DNA of 64,000 nt from Candidatus Dojkabacteria bacterium (GTDB taxonomy: Bacteria > Patescibacteriota > Dojkabacteria > B142 > OLB20). The notes under the pieces were generated by a model that saw nothing but the letters and a program-made list of their open reading frames with translations, ran no database searches and had not been told where the DNA came from. The translations under genes and the position numbers were made by a program. Shown one piece after another: positions 1-10,964 of this stretch (position 1 is the stretch's first letter; each line of letters starts with the position of its first letter). The DNA is taken from the NCBI GenBank assembly GCA_035444565.1, contig DAOMOX010000001.1, positions 450,335-514,334 on the forward strand. Direction: 5' to 3'.

Positions 1-243
1 AATTCATCAAAAGATTTGTCAGCTTTGAATAGTAAATTAGATAAGATTATCTCACTACTAGAAAGACAATTAGAGCAAAGTACTCCTAAACAAAAGGAAA
101 CCGCTATGATTGTTCAGCCTGAAATGGCTATAGTGGAGGAGAAACCTAAAGCTAGCGCTAAAAAGGTCGTCGCAAAGAAATCTACAGCGAAAAAAGCTCC
201 AGCGAAAAAGACTGCAAAAAAGTCTAAATATTTAGAGGAGTAA
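1..243 (+). CDS. 3' end of a protein with a Lys/Ala-rich (histone H1-like) tail; truncated by window edge
   Basis: Frame open from base 1; short coiled coil (LNSKLDKII) followed by AKK repeats. Confidence 0.7.
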   Translation, partial: NSSKDLSALNSKLDKIISLLERQLEQSTPKQKETAMIVQPEMAIVEEKPKASAKKVVAKKSTAKKAPAKKTAKKSKYLEE

Positions 244-263
244 AAGTTTCGAAATTCTCGAAT

Positions 264-656
264 CTAAAAAAGATAGATAAGCACTAATAGTGTCAAAACT
301 ATCCCTATGAATGCGTTTCTAAATCCAGATAATTGATAGAGGATATACACAGCATCGTTACCTAGCTTCTTTTGTGAGGTAGATGGTCGATATTTTTTCT
401 CGCCAAATTGTTGTAGTAGCCAGTAAATCATTTCTCCGAGTCCACGTAGAGTAAGGAATACACCAATTTCGAGCAGCATAAACTTCCAACTAAAGATTCC
501 TGTTATTAGAATGAAAATCCAAATAGGAATAATTTCAAGAGCATCACCTTTTACATAGACATGTAACTGTCTTAGAATAAAGTTCGGCTTAGAATAAAAC
601 CATTTATCAGTTAATTCTCCAGATTTAATTTTTTTTATAACTTTTATAGCGCTCAT
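264..656 (-). CDS. hypothetical membrane protein
   Basis: 130-aa ORF with about 3 hydrophobic segments. Confidence 0.7.
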   Translation of the reverse strand: MSAIKVIKKIKSGELTDKWFYSKPNFILRQLHVYVKGDALEIIPIWIFILITGIFSWKFMLLEIGVFLTLRGLGEMIYWLLQQFGEKKYRPSTSQKKLGNDAVYILYQLSGFRNAFIGIVLTLLVLIYLF

Positions 657-718
657 TTTGCGTTAATATTGACTTTGTATAATTTAATAACTACGATTAA
701 CTTAATTAATTATATATC

Positions 719-1462
719 ATGTACAAGTCAATTCCCACTTTTAGCAGAGTAATCACTATTCTAACAGTAGTGACTACATTGTTATTTTCAGTCTATAAAG
801 GCGGTTTTTTAGGGTTAATTTTGTCTGCAGTGATTTGGGCTTTTGGTGGTTTTATGTTGCCTCGTTTGAAATTATTAGACTTAAGCAATTACTTTGTCTT
901 TTATGGATTATTAATAGCCACAGCGGTTGTTGCTGTATCGGCACCATTTATTACAGATAAATTAACAACACAAAAAGAATCAAACGAGACAGAAACTACC
1001 ACAGAAGAAGATGTTACGAATAGCGATCTTGGAGTTTTACCTACTAATGAGCCCAACGAAGATGGTAGTATAGTTGTTGAAGCAGGTGATGGTCTTTTGG
1101 GTGGGGATGTTTTCCTATCATATATCGGTGAATCCGCTCGAGGGAAAGAGGCGTATCTAGCTGATGGTGGAGTAACTGCAACTTATGTAGTTGAAACTAC
1201 CGTTCCTGGTCAGTATCAATTATGGGTTAAAATCAATGATGACGGTCTTCACCTTGATGGTGCGCGAAACGCAAAAGTCACCGTGAACACTAGCCAAGTT
1301 GGACAATATAACCATGTGAGTCAGGAAATTGACGGATGGAAATGGGTAGAAATATCTACTTTTACACTACTTGAGGGAGACAATACTGTGATCTTCGAGA
1401 AAATTGAGACCACAACCGCAGCTTTCGTAATGGACGAATTTAAATTTGTTCAAGTAAATTAA
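719..1462 (+). CDS. membrane protein with C-terminal CBM-like beta-sandwich
   Basis: 3 TM segments, Thr/Glu linker, then VEA..., GQYQLWV, GWKWV and LLEGDNTV...MDEF, typical of CBM6/35-like jelly rolls. Confidence 0.6.
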   Translation: MYKSIPTFSRVITILTVVTTLLFSVYKGGFLGLILSAVIWAFGGFMLPRLKLLDLSNYFVFYGLLIATAVVAVSAPFITDKLTTQKESNETETTTEEDVTNSDLGVLPTNEPNEDGSIVVEAGDGLLGGDVFLSYIGESARGKEAYLADGGVTATYVVETTVPGQYQLWVKINDDGLHLDGARNAKVTVNTSQVGQYNHVSQEIDGWKWVEISTFTLLEGDNTVIFEKIETTTAAFVMDEFKFVQVN

Positions 1463-1489
1463 TATTATTTTTAATTATTAATCAAAAAT

Positions 1490-1789
1490 ATGAGTGACTT
1501 AATAATAAACATACAATCTTCCGCAGAATCAATTGATCCACTATTAGGTACGATGATGGCTGGCTATCTTGGTTTCATGTTGATTGGATCAATCATCAAC
1601 TGTTTGGTTGGTCTTCTGATTATCTTTTCTATTGTCATTTTTATAATGGCATTGATAGATATTGTGCAGAGAGAAAATTGGAAGGAGGAAAATGACAAAG
1701 TAATGTGGTTATTGCTGATAATTTTCGTTCCTCTAGCACAGTTTTATTACTACTTCGTTACCAAGAAAGATTTGGACAAAAGAAAGTGA
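1490..1789 (+). CDS. PLDc N-terminal domain-like small membrane protein
   Basis: ALIDIVQR...NDKVMWLLLIIFVP...YYYF motif. Confidence 0.7.
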   Translation: MSDLIINIQSSAESIDPLLGTMMAGYLGFMLIGSIINCLVGLLIIFSIVIFIMALIDIVQRENWKEENDKVMWLLLIIFVPLAQFYYYFVTKKDLDKRK

Positions 1790-1854
1790 GTAGATGGTTT
1801 TTGACATCGAGCTAATCTAGCGTTAACATCAGTTATTATTTATTAATATTTAAA

Positions 1855-2271
1855 ATGAGCAAGAAATTTAAATTGCTAACAGGTTCTGCTTTGACTGCCA
1901 TAATGGCATTAGTTGCGCCTTTAAATGCTTTCGCAATAAGAGTTCAAGACGATTTTTTGTATGAATATGACACAACAACATCAAGTGGAGAAGAGATGAG
2001 TGGAGTAGGGGCGATATTGTTTTTTGCCTTCATCTGTTTAGTTATTGTCATTGCTTTCACAATTACAATTATTTGGGTGTTATCAATTATCGATATTTTG
2101 AAGCGGGAAAATTGGAAATCTGAAAATGACAAAATGGTTTGGTTACTTCTTGTTATATTTGTAAACTTCGTAGCCTTCTATTATTACTTCTTCTACCGAA
2201 AGACATTAGATAAGGCTGGCACACCAGGTAAAGTAGAGGCACCTTCTACACCCACAACTCCTGTAGTGTAA
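1855..2271 (+). CDS. PLDc N-terminal domain-like membrane protein with signal peptide; paralog of 1490..1789
   Basis: IIDILKRENWKSENDKMVWLLLVIFV...YYYF closely matches the upstream gene. Confidence 0.7.
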   Translation: MSKKFKLLTGSALTAIMALVAPLNAFAIRVQDDFLYEYDTTTSSGEEMSGVGAILFFAFICLVIVIAFTITIIWVLSIIDILKRENWKSENDKMVWLLLVIFVNFVAFYYYFFYRKTLDKAGTPGKVEAPSTPTTPVV

Positions 2272-2292
2272 GTTGGAAATTATTAAAATTTG

Positions 2293-2319
2293 AAACCGCA
2301 CTTAAATAGTGCGGTTTTT
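2293..2319 (+). terminator. intrinsic terminator
   Basis: AAACCGCACT-TAAAT-AGTGCGGTTT hairpin followed by T run. Confidence 0.8.
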
Positions 2320-2410
2320 GTTGATGTTTTGATAATAAACTTAACAATTTAACAAATTGATTGTACCCTGATTTAAATATACAATAATCTCAATCACTTA
2401 TTTCGAATTA

Positions 2411-3661
2411 ATGAGGTTACATCCAAAGTTAAAAAATGTTTCAATTCCGCGCTCACCGCTCAATATCTTTTTCCTGTCTTTCTTTCTGATAATCATTGCA
2501 GATGGGACTATGAGCTATGTTTTTCCGATAGTAGTAGAAGACAGCTTAAGCTCGAACACTTTGATGGGAATAATTATGGCGTTATCTTCAATTACAGGAT
2601 TGATTTGTGATTTTATCTTTCCCTCATTAATCTCACGTAAGAACTCGAAACAACTATTAATAGCATGTGCTCTAATGGCGCTTTTATTCCCTGTACTTTC
2701 GTATTTTGGAGAGTTATTTAATCTTGTCGGGTTTTTTGTACTAGCGAGTATTGCCTGGGGTGTTTATTATGAGTTCTTAGCTTTTTCGCAGCAAAACTAC
2801 ATTATCGAAAGCGATAAAACCAAAAATTTCACAAAGGACTGGGGATTACTAGCAGTATTAATAAGCATGATGGAGGTAATAGCCCCAATATTAGGGTCAA
2901 CTCTTTTGGTGGCAGGTGGATTGGCTTATCCAGTAGCAGTTCTTTTGATGCTTTCTGTGGCATTGGTAATATTGATGTTACAAGAATCTAAATCAGAAGA
3001 AGATGTTGAAATAAAAAGTGTTAGCAGAGAGTTGGTGAAGTTAATTAAAGAATTCAAGATGTGGGATTTGCTTTACGGCAGGGTGTGGCAAGTATTACTC
3101 GTATCGTTTGTTTTACAAAGTGTCTTCGCAACATATTGGACATTCGGAGGACTGTTTGGACAACAATTAGTGGGGGAAGAGGGGATGGATTGGATAGTTA
3201 TAGTTCTTTATGCAATTCCTTCGTTGATTGCATCTCTTCTGCTCTCCAAATTTATGATAAAGAAAAACAAGAAAAAGCTTACACAAATATTCCTAATCTT
3301 TGGTGGTTTGATTTTGACAATGTTGGTTTTTGCCCGTGAATCTGTTTATTTAACTGGACTGTTAATTTTGCTATCTAGTTTAATGTTTGCATTTGCTTAT
3401 CCATTAAATAATGCAGTCTTTAGTGACTTAGGAGCGCGATTGGGTAAAGAGAAGAACCACTTGTTCGGAATGATGAACGCTATCGGATCTCTAGCTTTTA
3501 TTATGATTCCGATTGCTTTAGGAGTATTAAGCGATACTTTTGGATATATTTATGCGTTCGCTTTCACTGGAGCGTTTTCTATGATTGCGGGAACCCTTTT
3601 GATTATTAAAACACCACGGAAGATTCGTCTGCCTCAAAAGGAAATTCAATCAATGGATTAA
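2411..3661 (+). CDS. MFS transporter
   Basis: 416 aa, about 12 TM segments in two halves. Confidence 0.85.
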   Translation: MRLHPKLKNVSIPRSPLNIFFLSFFLIIIADGTMSYVFPIVVEDSLSSNTLMGIIMALSSITGLICDFIFPSLISRKNSKQLLIACALMALLFPVLSYFGELFNLVGFFVLASIAWGVYYEFLAFSQQNYIIESDKTKNFTKDWGLLAVLISMMEVIAPILGSTLLVAGGLAYPVAVLLMLSVALVILMLQESKSEEDVEIKSVSRELVKLIKEFKMWDLLYGRVWQVLLVSFVLQSVFATYWTFGGLFGQQLVGEEGMDWIVIVLYAIPSLIASLLLSKFMIKKNKKKLTQIFLIFGGLILTMLVFARESVYLTGLLILLSSLMFAFAYPLNNAVFSDLGARLGKEKNHLFGMMNAIGSLAFIMIPIALGVLSDTFGYIYAFAFTGAFSMIAGTLLIIKTPRKIRLPQKEIQSMD

Positions 3662-3754
3662 ATCTATGGATGTAGCGAAAGAAACATACGAGAGGGAAAC
3701 TATTAGCTGACGTCTAATGGATAGTGTATGATATTGGTCGATTTTGTTTTTTGA

Positions 3755-3967
3755 ATGCCCGACATCCCAAATCCTCAACCAAATAGTGAGCTGAACATGA
3801 ATCCTTTTAAAGTAGGGGATAAAGTCGTATATGATGGAAGTAAATGGATTGTGTTAAATCCCATGATCGGTATTCAAGATGATAGGGAAATAGCTTTAAT
3901 AGGACGGGGGCCATATAATGCACTTAGATTGTCTGTCTATATAGATATGTTAACTTTTTCAAAATGA
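3755..3967 (+). CDS. small hypothetical protein
   Basis: 70-aa ORF with FKVGDKVVY (SH3/KOW-like start); TATGAT -10-like element upstream. Confidence 0.45.
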   Translation: MPDIPNPQPNSELNMNPFKVGDKVVYDGSKWIVLNPMIGIQDDREIALIGRGPYNALRLSVYIDMLTFSK

Positions 3968-3983
3968 TAAAAACAGAATGATG

Positions 3984-4030
3984 TTGACTAGAAAATTTTT
4001 TACGAATATAATATCCCCATATAGGGGATA
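3984..4030 (+). promoter_or_regulatory. sigma70 promoter plus CsoR operator
   Basis: TTGACT(3984)-17 bp-TATAAT(4007); inverted repeat TATCCCC-ATATA-GGGGATA (4012-4030) with C/G tracts typical of CsoR/RcnR operators, directly before csoR. Confidence 0.8.
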
Positions 4031-4033
4031 ATT

Positions 4034-4312
4034 ATGAAACAAGATAAAAGATTTAAAACAACTCCAAAAGACAAGGCCCTCCATAGGATTAAAATCATCC
4101 AAGGCCATTTGTCAGCGATAGAGGAAATGATTAACAACGACAAATACTGTGTCGATATTGTGCATCAATCTAGAGCTGTGCAAAAAGCATTAAAGCAGCT
4201 TGATTTGCTACTTATCGAGAACCATCTTAAAACATGCGTCGTACACCAAATCCATAACCACGAAGAAATACGAACCACAGAAGAGTTATTAAAATTATTT
4301 GAATATAAATAA
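4034..4312 (+). CDS. csoR: CsoR family copper-sensing repressor
   Basis: RIKIIQGHL, YCVDIVHQ..AV, HLKTCV (C-H-C ligands). Confidence 0.9.
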   Translation: MKQDKRFKTTPKDKALHRIKIIQGHLSAIEEMINNDKYCVDIVHQSRAVQKALKQLDLLLIENHLKTCVVHQIHNHEEIRTTEELLKLFEYK

Positions 4313-4314
4313 AA

Positions 4315-5748
4315 ATGAAAAAAAATAAAAACGCTAAAACAATTTATGTGGAAGGAATGCATTGTGCATCATGCGAGTTACTCATCGAAAAAACACTTGA
4401 AGAATATCCGGGTGTCAAACAAGTTGATGCTTCATTGGAAAAGGGTCAGGTGAAAATCGTATCCGACAAAAGTGATTCTGTAGATATTGAAAAACTAAAT
4501 AAGGAATTTAAAGAAGCTGGTTATAAATTCAGTAATAAGCAATTTCCCAAGGAAAGCTATAAGTTAATTGAATTGACTGATGCCGGGATCGAGATAAACA
4601 GAGATAAATTTTATGAATATTTAAAAATATTTGGAATTCTCGTCTTTGTGTTGGTTCTTGTTATGTTAATCAATAATTCCAATATTGGCAGATATGCAGG
4701 TGTGAATGTAAATTCATCTCTACCTGCATTCTTGGTCCTTGGTATTGTCGCTGGCTTATCTAGTTGCGCTGCTTTGGTTGGAGGATTATTACTGGTCATG
4801 ACTAAGCAATGGAATGATTTATACATTACTGACAAAACAAATAAACTCAAATTTCAACCTCATATCTTATTCCACACTGGACGGTTAGTAGGTTACTTCG
4901 TTTTTGGAGGACTATTGGGATTACTTGGCCAGGTAGTTTCAATAGGAAGTGGAACATCTTTTGCAATTGTCATCATTGCGGTTTCTGTCGTTATGTTGGT
5001 TCTGGCATTGCAAATGATCGGAGTCAAACAGTTGCAAAACCTTCAGGTAAAAACTCCAAAAGTAATTAGTAAATTTATTACAAACGAATCGAATTTTTCA
5101 GGGAAATATGCCCCATTTATTCTTGGTGCATTGACGTTTCTACTTCCATGCGGATTTACATTGATTGCACAAGCCGCTGCTCTAGCTTCTTCAGGGTTTC
5201 TCAAAGGTGGTTTGATTATGTTGCTATTTGCTATCGGAACATTACCAATATTAGGTGGGATTAGTTTGACTGGAGTTAAATTCAACACAAAGCCGAAACT
5301 CACCTCGATGTTTAATAAAACGGCAGGAATTTTAATTGTCGTTTTCGCGATTTATACAATAAACAGTCAACTAAATGTTCTAGGCTTGAAAAGCTTAAGC
5401 GATTTGGAACTCAGAAGTAATAATACCGCCACGGAAAAAGTTGATCAAGAAGTTTCCGACAATCCCGTGATTGATGAAAATGCACAGAAATTAATTATTG
5501 TTGCAGATGATTTTTCTTATATACCACAAGGCTCAATGACAATAGAAGCCGATAAACCAACAGTGTTAGCGGTAAACAATAAAGGTGTACAAGGTTGTGG
5601 AAGATTTATGGCAGCCAGAGGATTAATCGATAATTTTGTAGAGTTGGACGATGGTTGGAACTATGTTGAATTAACTCCAAAGAAAGGCGTTTATAAACTG
5701 ACATGTACCATGGGCATGGTACGTCCTGTGACAATCACGGTTATTTAA
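4315..5748 (+). CDS. HMA domain + DsbD/TauE-like membrane domain + cupredoxin-like domain protein
   Basis: GMHCASC; SSCAALVGG, H.GR and LPCGFT; C-terminal GC...TCTMGM. Confidence 0.85.
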   Translation: MKKNKNAKTIYVEGMHCASCELLIEKTLEEYPGVKQVDASLEKGQVKIVSDKSDSVDIEKLNKEFKEAGYKFSNKQFPKESYKLIELTDAGIEINRDKFYEYLKIFGILVFVLVLVMLINNSNIGRYAGVNVNSSLPAFLVLGIVAGLSSCAALVGGLLLVMTKQWNDLYITDKTNKLKFQPHILFHTGRLVGYFVFGGLLGLLGQVVSIGSGTSFAIVIIAVSVVMLVLALQMIGVKQLQNLQVKTPKVISKFITNESNFSGKYAPFILGALTFLLPCGFTLIAQAAALASSGFLKGGLIMLLFAIGTLPILGGISLTGVKFNTKPKLTSMFNKTAGILIVVFAIYTINSQLNVLGLKSLSDLELRSNNTATEKVDQEVSDNPVIDENAQKLIIVADDFSYIPQGSMTIEADKPTVLAVNNKGVQGCGRFMAARGLIDNFVELDDGWNYVELTPKKGVYKLTCTMGMVRPVTITVI

Positions 5749-5767
5749 TTATTAACAACTCATTAGA

Positions 5768-8194
5768 ATGAAAAAAACATTTGATGTTATTGGCGTACAT
5801 TGTGCTTCATGCAAATCTCTGATTGAAAGAAATGTTAACAAGCTGGATGGAATTAATATGGTGAATGTTAACTTTGCGGCAGCCAAAATGATGGTCGATT
5901 ATGATGAAAAGAAAGTCACTCTTGAAGAAATTGCTAAAGCGGTAGCGAGTGCTGGCACTTACAAATTGGTGAAGAATGATGACGAGGTTGTTCTTGCGAG
6001 CCCGGGAGAAATTAATAAATCTTCTCACATGAAAGAAATCGCAAAACCAGCACATGGTGAAACTGGCCACAATCACGCAGAAATGCTTAGAGCTGATGAG
6101 TATAAGTTGCTGAAGAAAAAAACAATACTTGTGGGCCTCGCGAATATTCCGTTCCTGTTCGTGATGATAAATATGCTTTTCAATAAAAGCGAAGAGATGA
6201 TGAGCTATCTAGGAATGATTAAACTAGAAAATTTTGGAATGTCTTTGAATCTTGATTGGGTTGTACAATTTCTCATTGCAACATTCATACTTTTCTGGGG
6301 AGGGAGTCAGTTTTTCAAGAGTGCGTGGACTGCATTGAAAAATAAAACAGCTAACATGGATACGCTTATCGCTCTGGGTACGTTCGTGGCATGGTTGTTC
6401 TCAGCGGTTGTGACATTTATTCCTCAAATATTCACAGATATCAAGGCAGAACCATTCTATGAGGCAGTAGGTTTTATAATATTTTTTGTGTTGTTGGGAA
6501 GGTTACTCGAAGCAAAAGCAAAAGGCAGCGCAAATCAGGCTGTTAAGAAATTAATGGAAATCCAAGCAAAAGATGCCTCAGTTATTCGTGATGGAGTAGA
6601 GGTGAAGGTTCCTATTAATGAAGTTGTAATTGGAGATATAGTAGTCGTAAGACCAGGAGAGAAGATTCCAGTTGATGGGGTTATTACCCATGGCACTAGT
6701 ACGATTGACGAATCTATGGTCACTGGAGAATCCATGCCGGTGGAGAAGTCTACAGGAGACAGTGTAATTGGTGCAACCATAAATAAATCTTCTAGCTTTC
6801 AATTTCGAGCGGAAAAAGTGGGCAAAGATACTTTACTCTCTCAAATCATTAAATTAGTTGAGGATGCCCAAATGAGTTCAGCTCCGATTCAGAAATTGGC
6901 AGACAAAATTTCTGCAATTTTCGTACCGATGATAGTAGTTATTTCAATTATGGTGGCCATATTTTGGTTGTTAATTGCACCGGAGTTGGGAATAGTTGGA
7001 GACATCTCTAGTGTTCAGTTAGCCATATATATCTTCGCAACAATTTTAATAATTGCTTGTCCATGTGCTTTGGGATTAGCTACACCAATCGCGGTGATGG
7101 TTGCTACCGGAAAAGCTGCAACCAAAGGAATATTAATCAAAGACGCAGAGGCATTCGAACTAGCATCCAAAGTCGACACAATTGTTTTTGATAAAACTGG
7201 TACTCTTACAAAAGGTGAGGTTGAAGTTGTCGAAATTGTTATAGTAGAGAATTTTAAAAACAAAAACAATCTACTGGATAGTTTGAGAATGGATGAATGG
7301 AACGAAGATACTTTGATCACGTTATCTGCGGCACTGGAATATAATTCGGAGCATCCCTTATCCGAAGCCATAGTAAAATTTGCCAATGATAAGAAATTAG
7401 ATTTCGCTAAAATCAAAATCGACTCATTTGAAAATCATGAAGGCAAAGGGGTAGCAGGAATTATGAAAGGGAAAGAAATTGTTATAGGAAACGAAAAGTT
7501 AATGGATAAATTTAAAATTGACTCTATAAAAGATGCGAATTCAGATTTAAAGGATAAGTTGGAGAAGTACAGAAATGAAGGCAAAACTATCGTTTCGATC
7601 GCTTATGGCAAGGAAATTATTGGATATTTTGCACTAGCAGATGCATTGAAGCCTGAAGCGAAACAGTTAATCAGCCAAATAAAAGAGAGAGGAATTCGAG
7701 TAATAATGCTATCTGGCGACAATGAACAAACTGCTAAGGCGATTGCAGAAAAGTTAGGAATTGATGATGTAATTGCGAACGTTTTGCCACACGAGAAGTC
7801 TGAAGTAATACAGAGACTGAAAAATGAAGAAGACGGTAAGATAATCGCTATGGTTGGTGATGGGATTAATGATGCTCCTGCACTTACTTTGGCAGATGTA
7901 GGCATCTCTATGGGTACTGGCACAGATATTGCTATTGAATCAGGGGATATCGTGATTGTCGGAGGAAAAATCGAAAAAGTGCTCGAAGTCCTGGATATTT
8001 CGTCAAAAACACTCAAGATTATCAGGGAAAATCTAATCTGGGCATTTGGATACAATATTATTGCCATTCCGATCGCAGGTGGATTGTTATATCCATTTAT
8101 AGGGCTTTTACTTTCTCCAGTAATCGCTAGCGTTGCTATGGCTTTCAGTTCTATCTCTGTTGTGTTAAACAGTTTAAGATTGAGGTCCGCATAG
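5768..8194 (+). CDS. copA: copper-translocating P1B-type ATPase
   Basis: [36 protein letters not shown]...P, MAFSS. Confidence 0.95.
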   Translation: MKKTFDVIGVHCASCKSLIERNVNKLDGINMVNVNFAAAKMMVDYDEKKVTLEEIAKAVASAGTYKLVKNDDEVVLASPGEINKSSHMKEIAKPAHGETGHNHAEMLRADEYKLLKKKTILVGLANIPFLFVMINMLFNKSEEMMSYLGMIKLENFGMSLNLDWVVQFLIATFILFWGGSQFFKSAWTALKNKTANMDTLIALGTFVAWLFSAVVTFIPQIFTDIKAEPFYEAVGFIIFFVLLGRLLEAKAKGSANQAVKKLMEIQAKDASVIRDGVEVKVPINEVVIGDIVVVRPGEKIPVDGVITHGTSTIDESMVTGESMPVEKSTGDSVIGATINKSSSFQFRAEKVGKDTLLSQIIKLVEDAQMSSAPIQKLADKISAIFVPMIVVISIMVAIFWLLIAPELGIVGDISSVQLAIYIFATILIIACPCALGLATPIAVMVATGKAATKGILIKDAEAFELASKVDTIVFDKTGTLTKGEVEVVEIVIVENFKNKNNLLDSLRMDEWNEDTLITLSAALEYNSEHPLSEAIVKFANDKKLDFAKIKIDSFENHEGKGVAGIMKGKEIVIGNEKLMDKFKIDSIKDANSDLKDKLEKYRNEGKTIVSIAYGKEIIGYFALADALKPEAKQLISQIKERGIRVIMLSGDNEQTAKAIAEKLGIDDVIANVLPHEKSEVIQRLKNEEDGKIIAMVGDGINDAPALTLADVGISMGTGTDIAIESGDIVIVGGKIEKVLEVLDISSKTLKIIRENLIWAFGYNIIAIPIAGGLLYPFIGLLLSPVIASVAMAFSSISVVLNSLRLRSA

Positions 8195-8294
8195 GAATAA
8201 TTGTCTACACATATTTTAACTTTCATTAATTATCCAAATTCAATTTTGCGATGACATTAATTTGTGTGTAAACTTTGTTAATTATTCTACTCAT

Positions 8295-9081
8295 GTGAAA
8301 AAGTATCTGAAACAAAACCTTCGAACAATTTTATACATTTTAGTTCCACTATTAATAATCTCAATTTTCTCAACTTATGTTGTAGCATCAGCAGAGAAAC
8401 ACAATAATCCACTTTGGGCAGACCCTGGTAATGCGCTTTGGTGGTGGTTAATCACAATTTCGACGATAGGGTATGGCGACATGGTTCCTACAACTTACAT
8501 TGGCAGATTTTTTGGTTCCTTTGTCGTGCTTTCCGGAGTAGTGTTTTTCGGAACAGTTGTATCGGAATTAGGAATCCTTTTAAAGGTTTCATCTCAAAAA
8601 GAACACCTAGGATTGAAAAATATAAAGGATAAAGATCATATTGTTATACTCGGAGACAATCCACTATTAAGCAGTTTGATATCAAATATTAGGAAGATAG
8701 ATGAACATAAAAAAATAACTGTTGTTACTCATCATTTGGAATCAAGACCATATGAAGACATTTCTTTTGTAAAAGTGATCCTAGATATCATGAAACCCTT
8801 GTGAGGGCAAATGTGAAAGATGCTTCTCTAGCGATTATCCTTGCGGATGATCAGATAAATAATCCCGATGCCTATAGCATAATAATCGGAAATGAACTGG
8901 AGAAGATGAACCCCTTACTAATTAAGATTGCAGAAATTACGGATGAAAGATGGAAAAGTATTTTACAGATTCGGGAATTGATGTTTTTGTTACTGAGAAG
9001 AAATTCTTAAAGAGTATACACAGCAAGGCGAACAACCAAGTTTCTGAAATTCTCGAAAAAGTTATGAAAACTAATAAGTAG
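8295..9081 (+). pseudogene. KcsA/MthK-like potassium channel with RCK domain; two apparent single-base deletions
   Basis: TIGYGD filter; adding one base near 8775 gives FVKGDPRYHETLVRANVKDA, and one near 8950 extends the RCK domain to TAG at 9081. Confidence 0.75.
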
Positions 9082-9085
9082 GCAA

Positions 9086-10234
9086 TTAATCTGTTTTCGG
9101 TAATGTTATCACGAATATTGTACCCATAGGTTTATTCTCCTGGATTTTAATCTCCCCATTATGTAGGTTGATTATTTCCTTTGTGATTGCTAACCCAAGT
9201 CCACTTCCACCAGTTTTTCGTGACCTAGAGTCGTCAATCCTGAAGAATCTTTCAAATATTAGTTTATGATATTTCTTATCGATACCAGGACCATTGTCTA
9301 TAACCTTTGTAATAAGTTCTCTAGCATTGCTTTCAATCTGAATCTCGATTATCGATTGCTCTTGAGAATACTTAATAGCATTTTCCACTACGTTACTAAT
9401 AGCTCTATTGAGTAGAGTAGGATTAGCTTTAATTAAGATTTTCTCTTCTGGGGTAGTTATTTTTACTTCAATATCTTTTTTATTCGCAATCGAGTCCAGA
9501 TTTTTAGTCAGGTTTTTAATCAATCTTAAATAATTAACACTCTCAAAACTTTTTTTGTACTTTTCGAGCGAGCTCAGAAGTAACAAATCTTCCAGTAAAA
9601 CGTTCATATTATGTACTGTCCCGAGCGATGTTTCGAGATATTCTTTAGTGTCTCTTGGAATGTTTTTATTCATTAAAGCTGTTTCGATATTAGTCATCAA
9701 TACTGCCATTGGAGTTTTCAATTCGTGTGATGCATTGGCAACGAATTCACCTTGCACATCAAATGACTTCTGAAGTCTGTCTGTCATAGTATTGAAATTT
9801 CCAATAAGTTCATCAATCTCGTCGTTTGTACCACTTTGGGGAATTTTCCTATGGAGATTTTTTGCTTCAATTTCTGAAATTTCTTTGTTAATTCTTTTTA
9901 TTGGGCGGAGCATTTGTTTAGCTAGAATGTAACCGCCGGTAATACCAATGAGTAAATTTCCGGTTATCACGAAAAGTGATATCTTTTGAATTTGCTTTGC
10001 ATCGTTTTCGCGAATTTCTTTAAGTAAATCTCGGATACGGTAATTTCCTCTATTGTCATGTTCGAGTGTGAGGAATCTTTGACGGATTGGTCCTGGGAGC
10101 ACATCCTCCAATGTCTGATTGACGAATCGAACGTATATGAAGTTCACAACAAATAAAATTATCATCCCGCTGATAAATGTTACTAATCCGTACCAAAATG
10201 TAAGTTTGAAGTTGATGCTTTTGTGGAATTTCAT
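9086..10234 (-). CDS. HAMP-domain sensor histidine kinase
   Basis: ASHELKTP H-box, NAIKYS, DNGPG, GGSGLGL. Confidence 0.95.
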   Translation of the reverse strand: MKFHKSINFKLTFWYGLVTFISGMIILFVVNFIYVRFVNQTLEDVLPGPIRQRFLTLEHDNRGNYRIRDLLKEIRENDAKQIQKISLFVITGNLLIGITGGYILAKQMLRPIKRINKEISEIEAKNLHRKIPQSGTNDEIDELIGNFNTMTDRLQKSFDVQGEFVANASHELKTPMAVLMTNIETALMNKNIPRDTKEYLETSLGTVHNMNVLLEDLLLLSSLEKYKKSFESVNYLRLIKNLTKNLDSIANKKDIEVKITTPEEKILIKANPTLLNRAISNVVENAIKYSQEQSIIEIQIESNARELITKVIDNGPGIDKKYHKLIFERFFRIDDSRSRKTGGSGLGLAITKEIINLHNGEIKIQENKPMGTIFVITLPKTD

Positions 10235-10905
10235 TTTTTCGTGTTTAACATATATCCTTTTCCATGAATTGTTTTGAGTATTTTCTTTTGTGGATCAAAT
10301 TTTTTTCGTAATGTTTTTATATGAGTCTTTATTGTATCACTAAATGGATTTGCCTCTTCGTCCCAGACATGCTCCAAAAGCTCTTCTGCGGGTATTGTGC
10401 GATTTATATTTCGAATCATGTACTCTAGCATAGAACATTCTTTCGTAGTGAGTTCAATCTCTTCGCCAGTTTGTGTATCTAATAAAGTGTTTTTGTCTGG
10501 GATTAATTCGTAATTTAGGAATTCTAAATTATGAGTCTTGTTTTCGCTGGACCTGCGAACTATTGCTTTTATCCTGGCAGTCAATTCTTTCAAATTAAAT
10601 GGTTTTGAGATGTAGTCGTCTGCACCTGCTTCAAAACCTATTAGTTTGTCATCAATCTGATGTTTTGCGGTTACCATTAAAATCGGTGTGTTGATATTTT
10701 GTGCTCTGAGTTTATTTGAGATGGAAATTCCATCAATTCCCGGGAGGTTGAGATCGAGAAGGATACAATCGTATTGATTAATTTCTGCTTTTGATAACCC
10801 TGAAGTCCCTTCATTTGAATAATCAACAGCAAAACCATAATCAGAAAGAGCCTTGATCAAAGGCCTGGCTAAATCTTCTTCGTCTTCTATCAATAACAAT
10901 CTCAT
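10231..10905 (-). CDS. OmpR/PhoB family response regulator
   Basis: LLIEDE, LLDLNLP, GADDYISKPF and winged-helix C-terminus; start taken at MRLLL. Confidence 0.95.
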   Translation of the reverse strand: MRLLLIEDEEDLARPLIKALSDYGFAVDYSNEGTSGLSKAEINQYDCILLDLNLPGIDGISISNKLRAQNINTPILMVTAKHQIDDKLIGFEAGADDYISKPFNLKELTARIKAIVRRSSENKTHNLEFLNYELIPDKNTLLDTQTGEEIELTTKECSMLEYMIRNINRTIPAEELLEHVWDEEANPFSDTIKTHIKTLRKKFDPQKKILKTIHGKGYMLNTKK

Positions 10906-10964
10906 ACTTGTGCCGCCCACTCCCACATCTTAATCTGATGCAGGAGCGAGGGCGGATTAAAAAT

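Noticed and set aside
5043-8226. Long antisense ORFs over the copper operon (also over LCP, metG, tatD, valS)
   Set aside because: Shadow frames of well-supported genes with no motifs.
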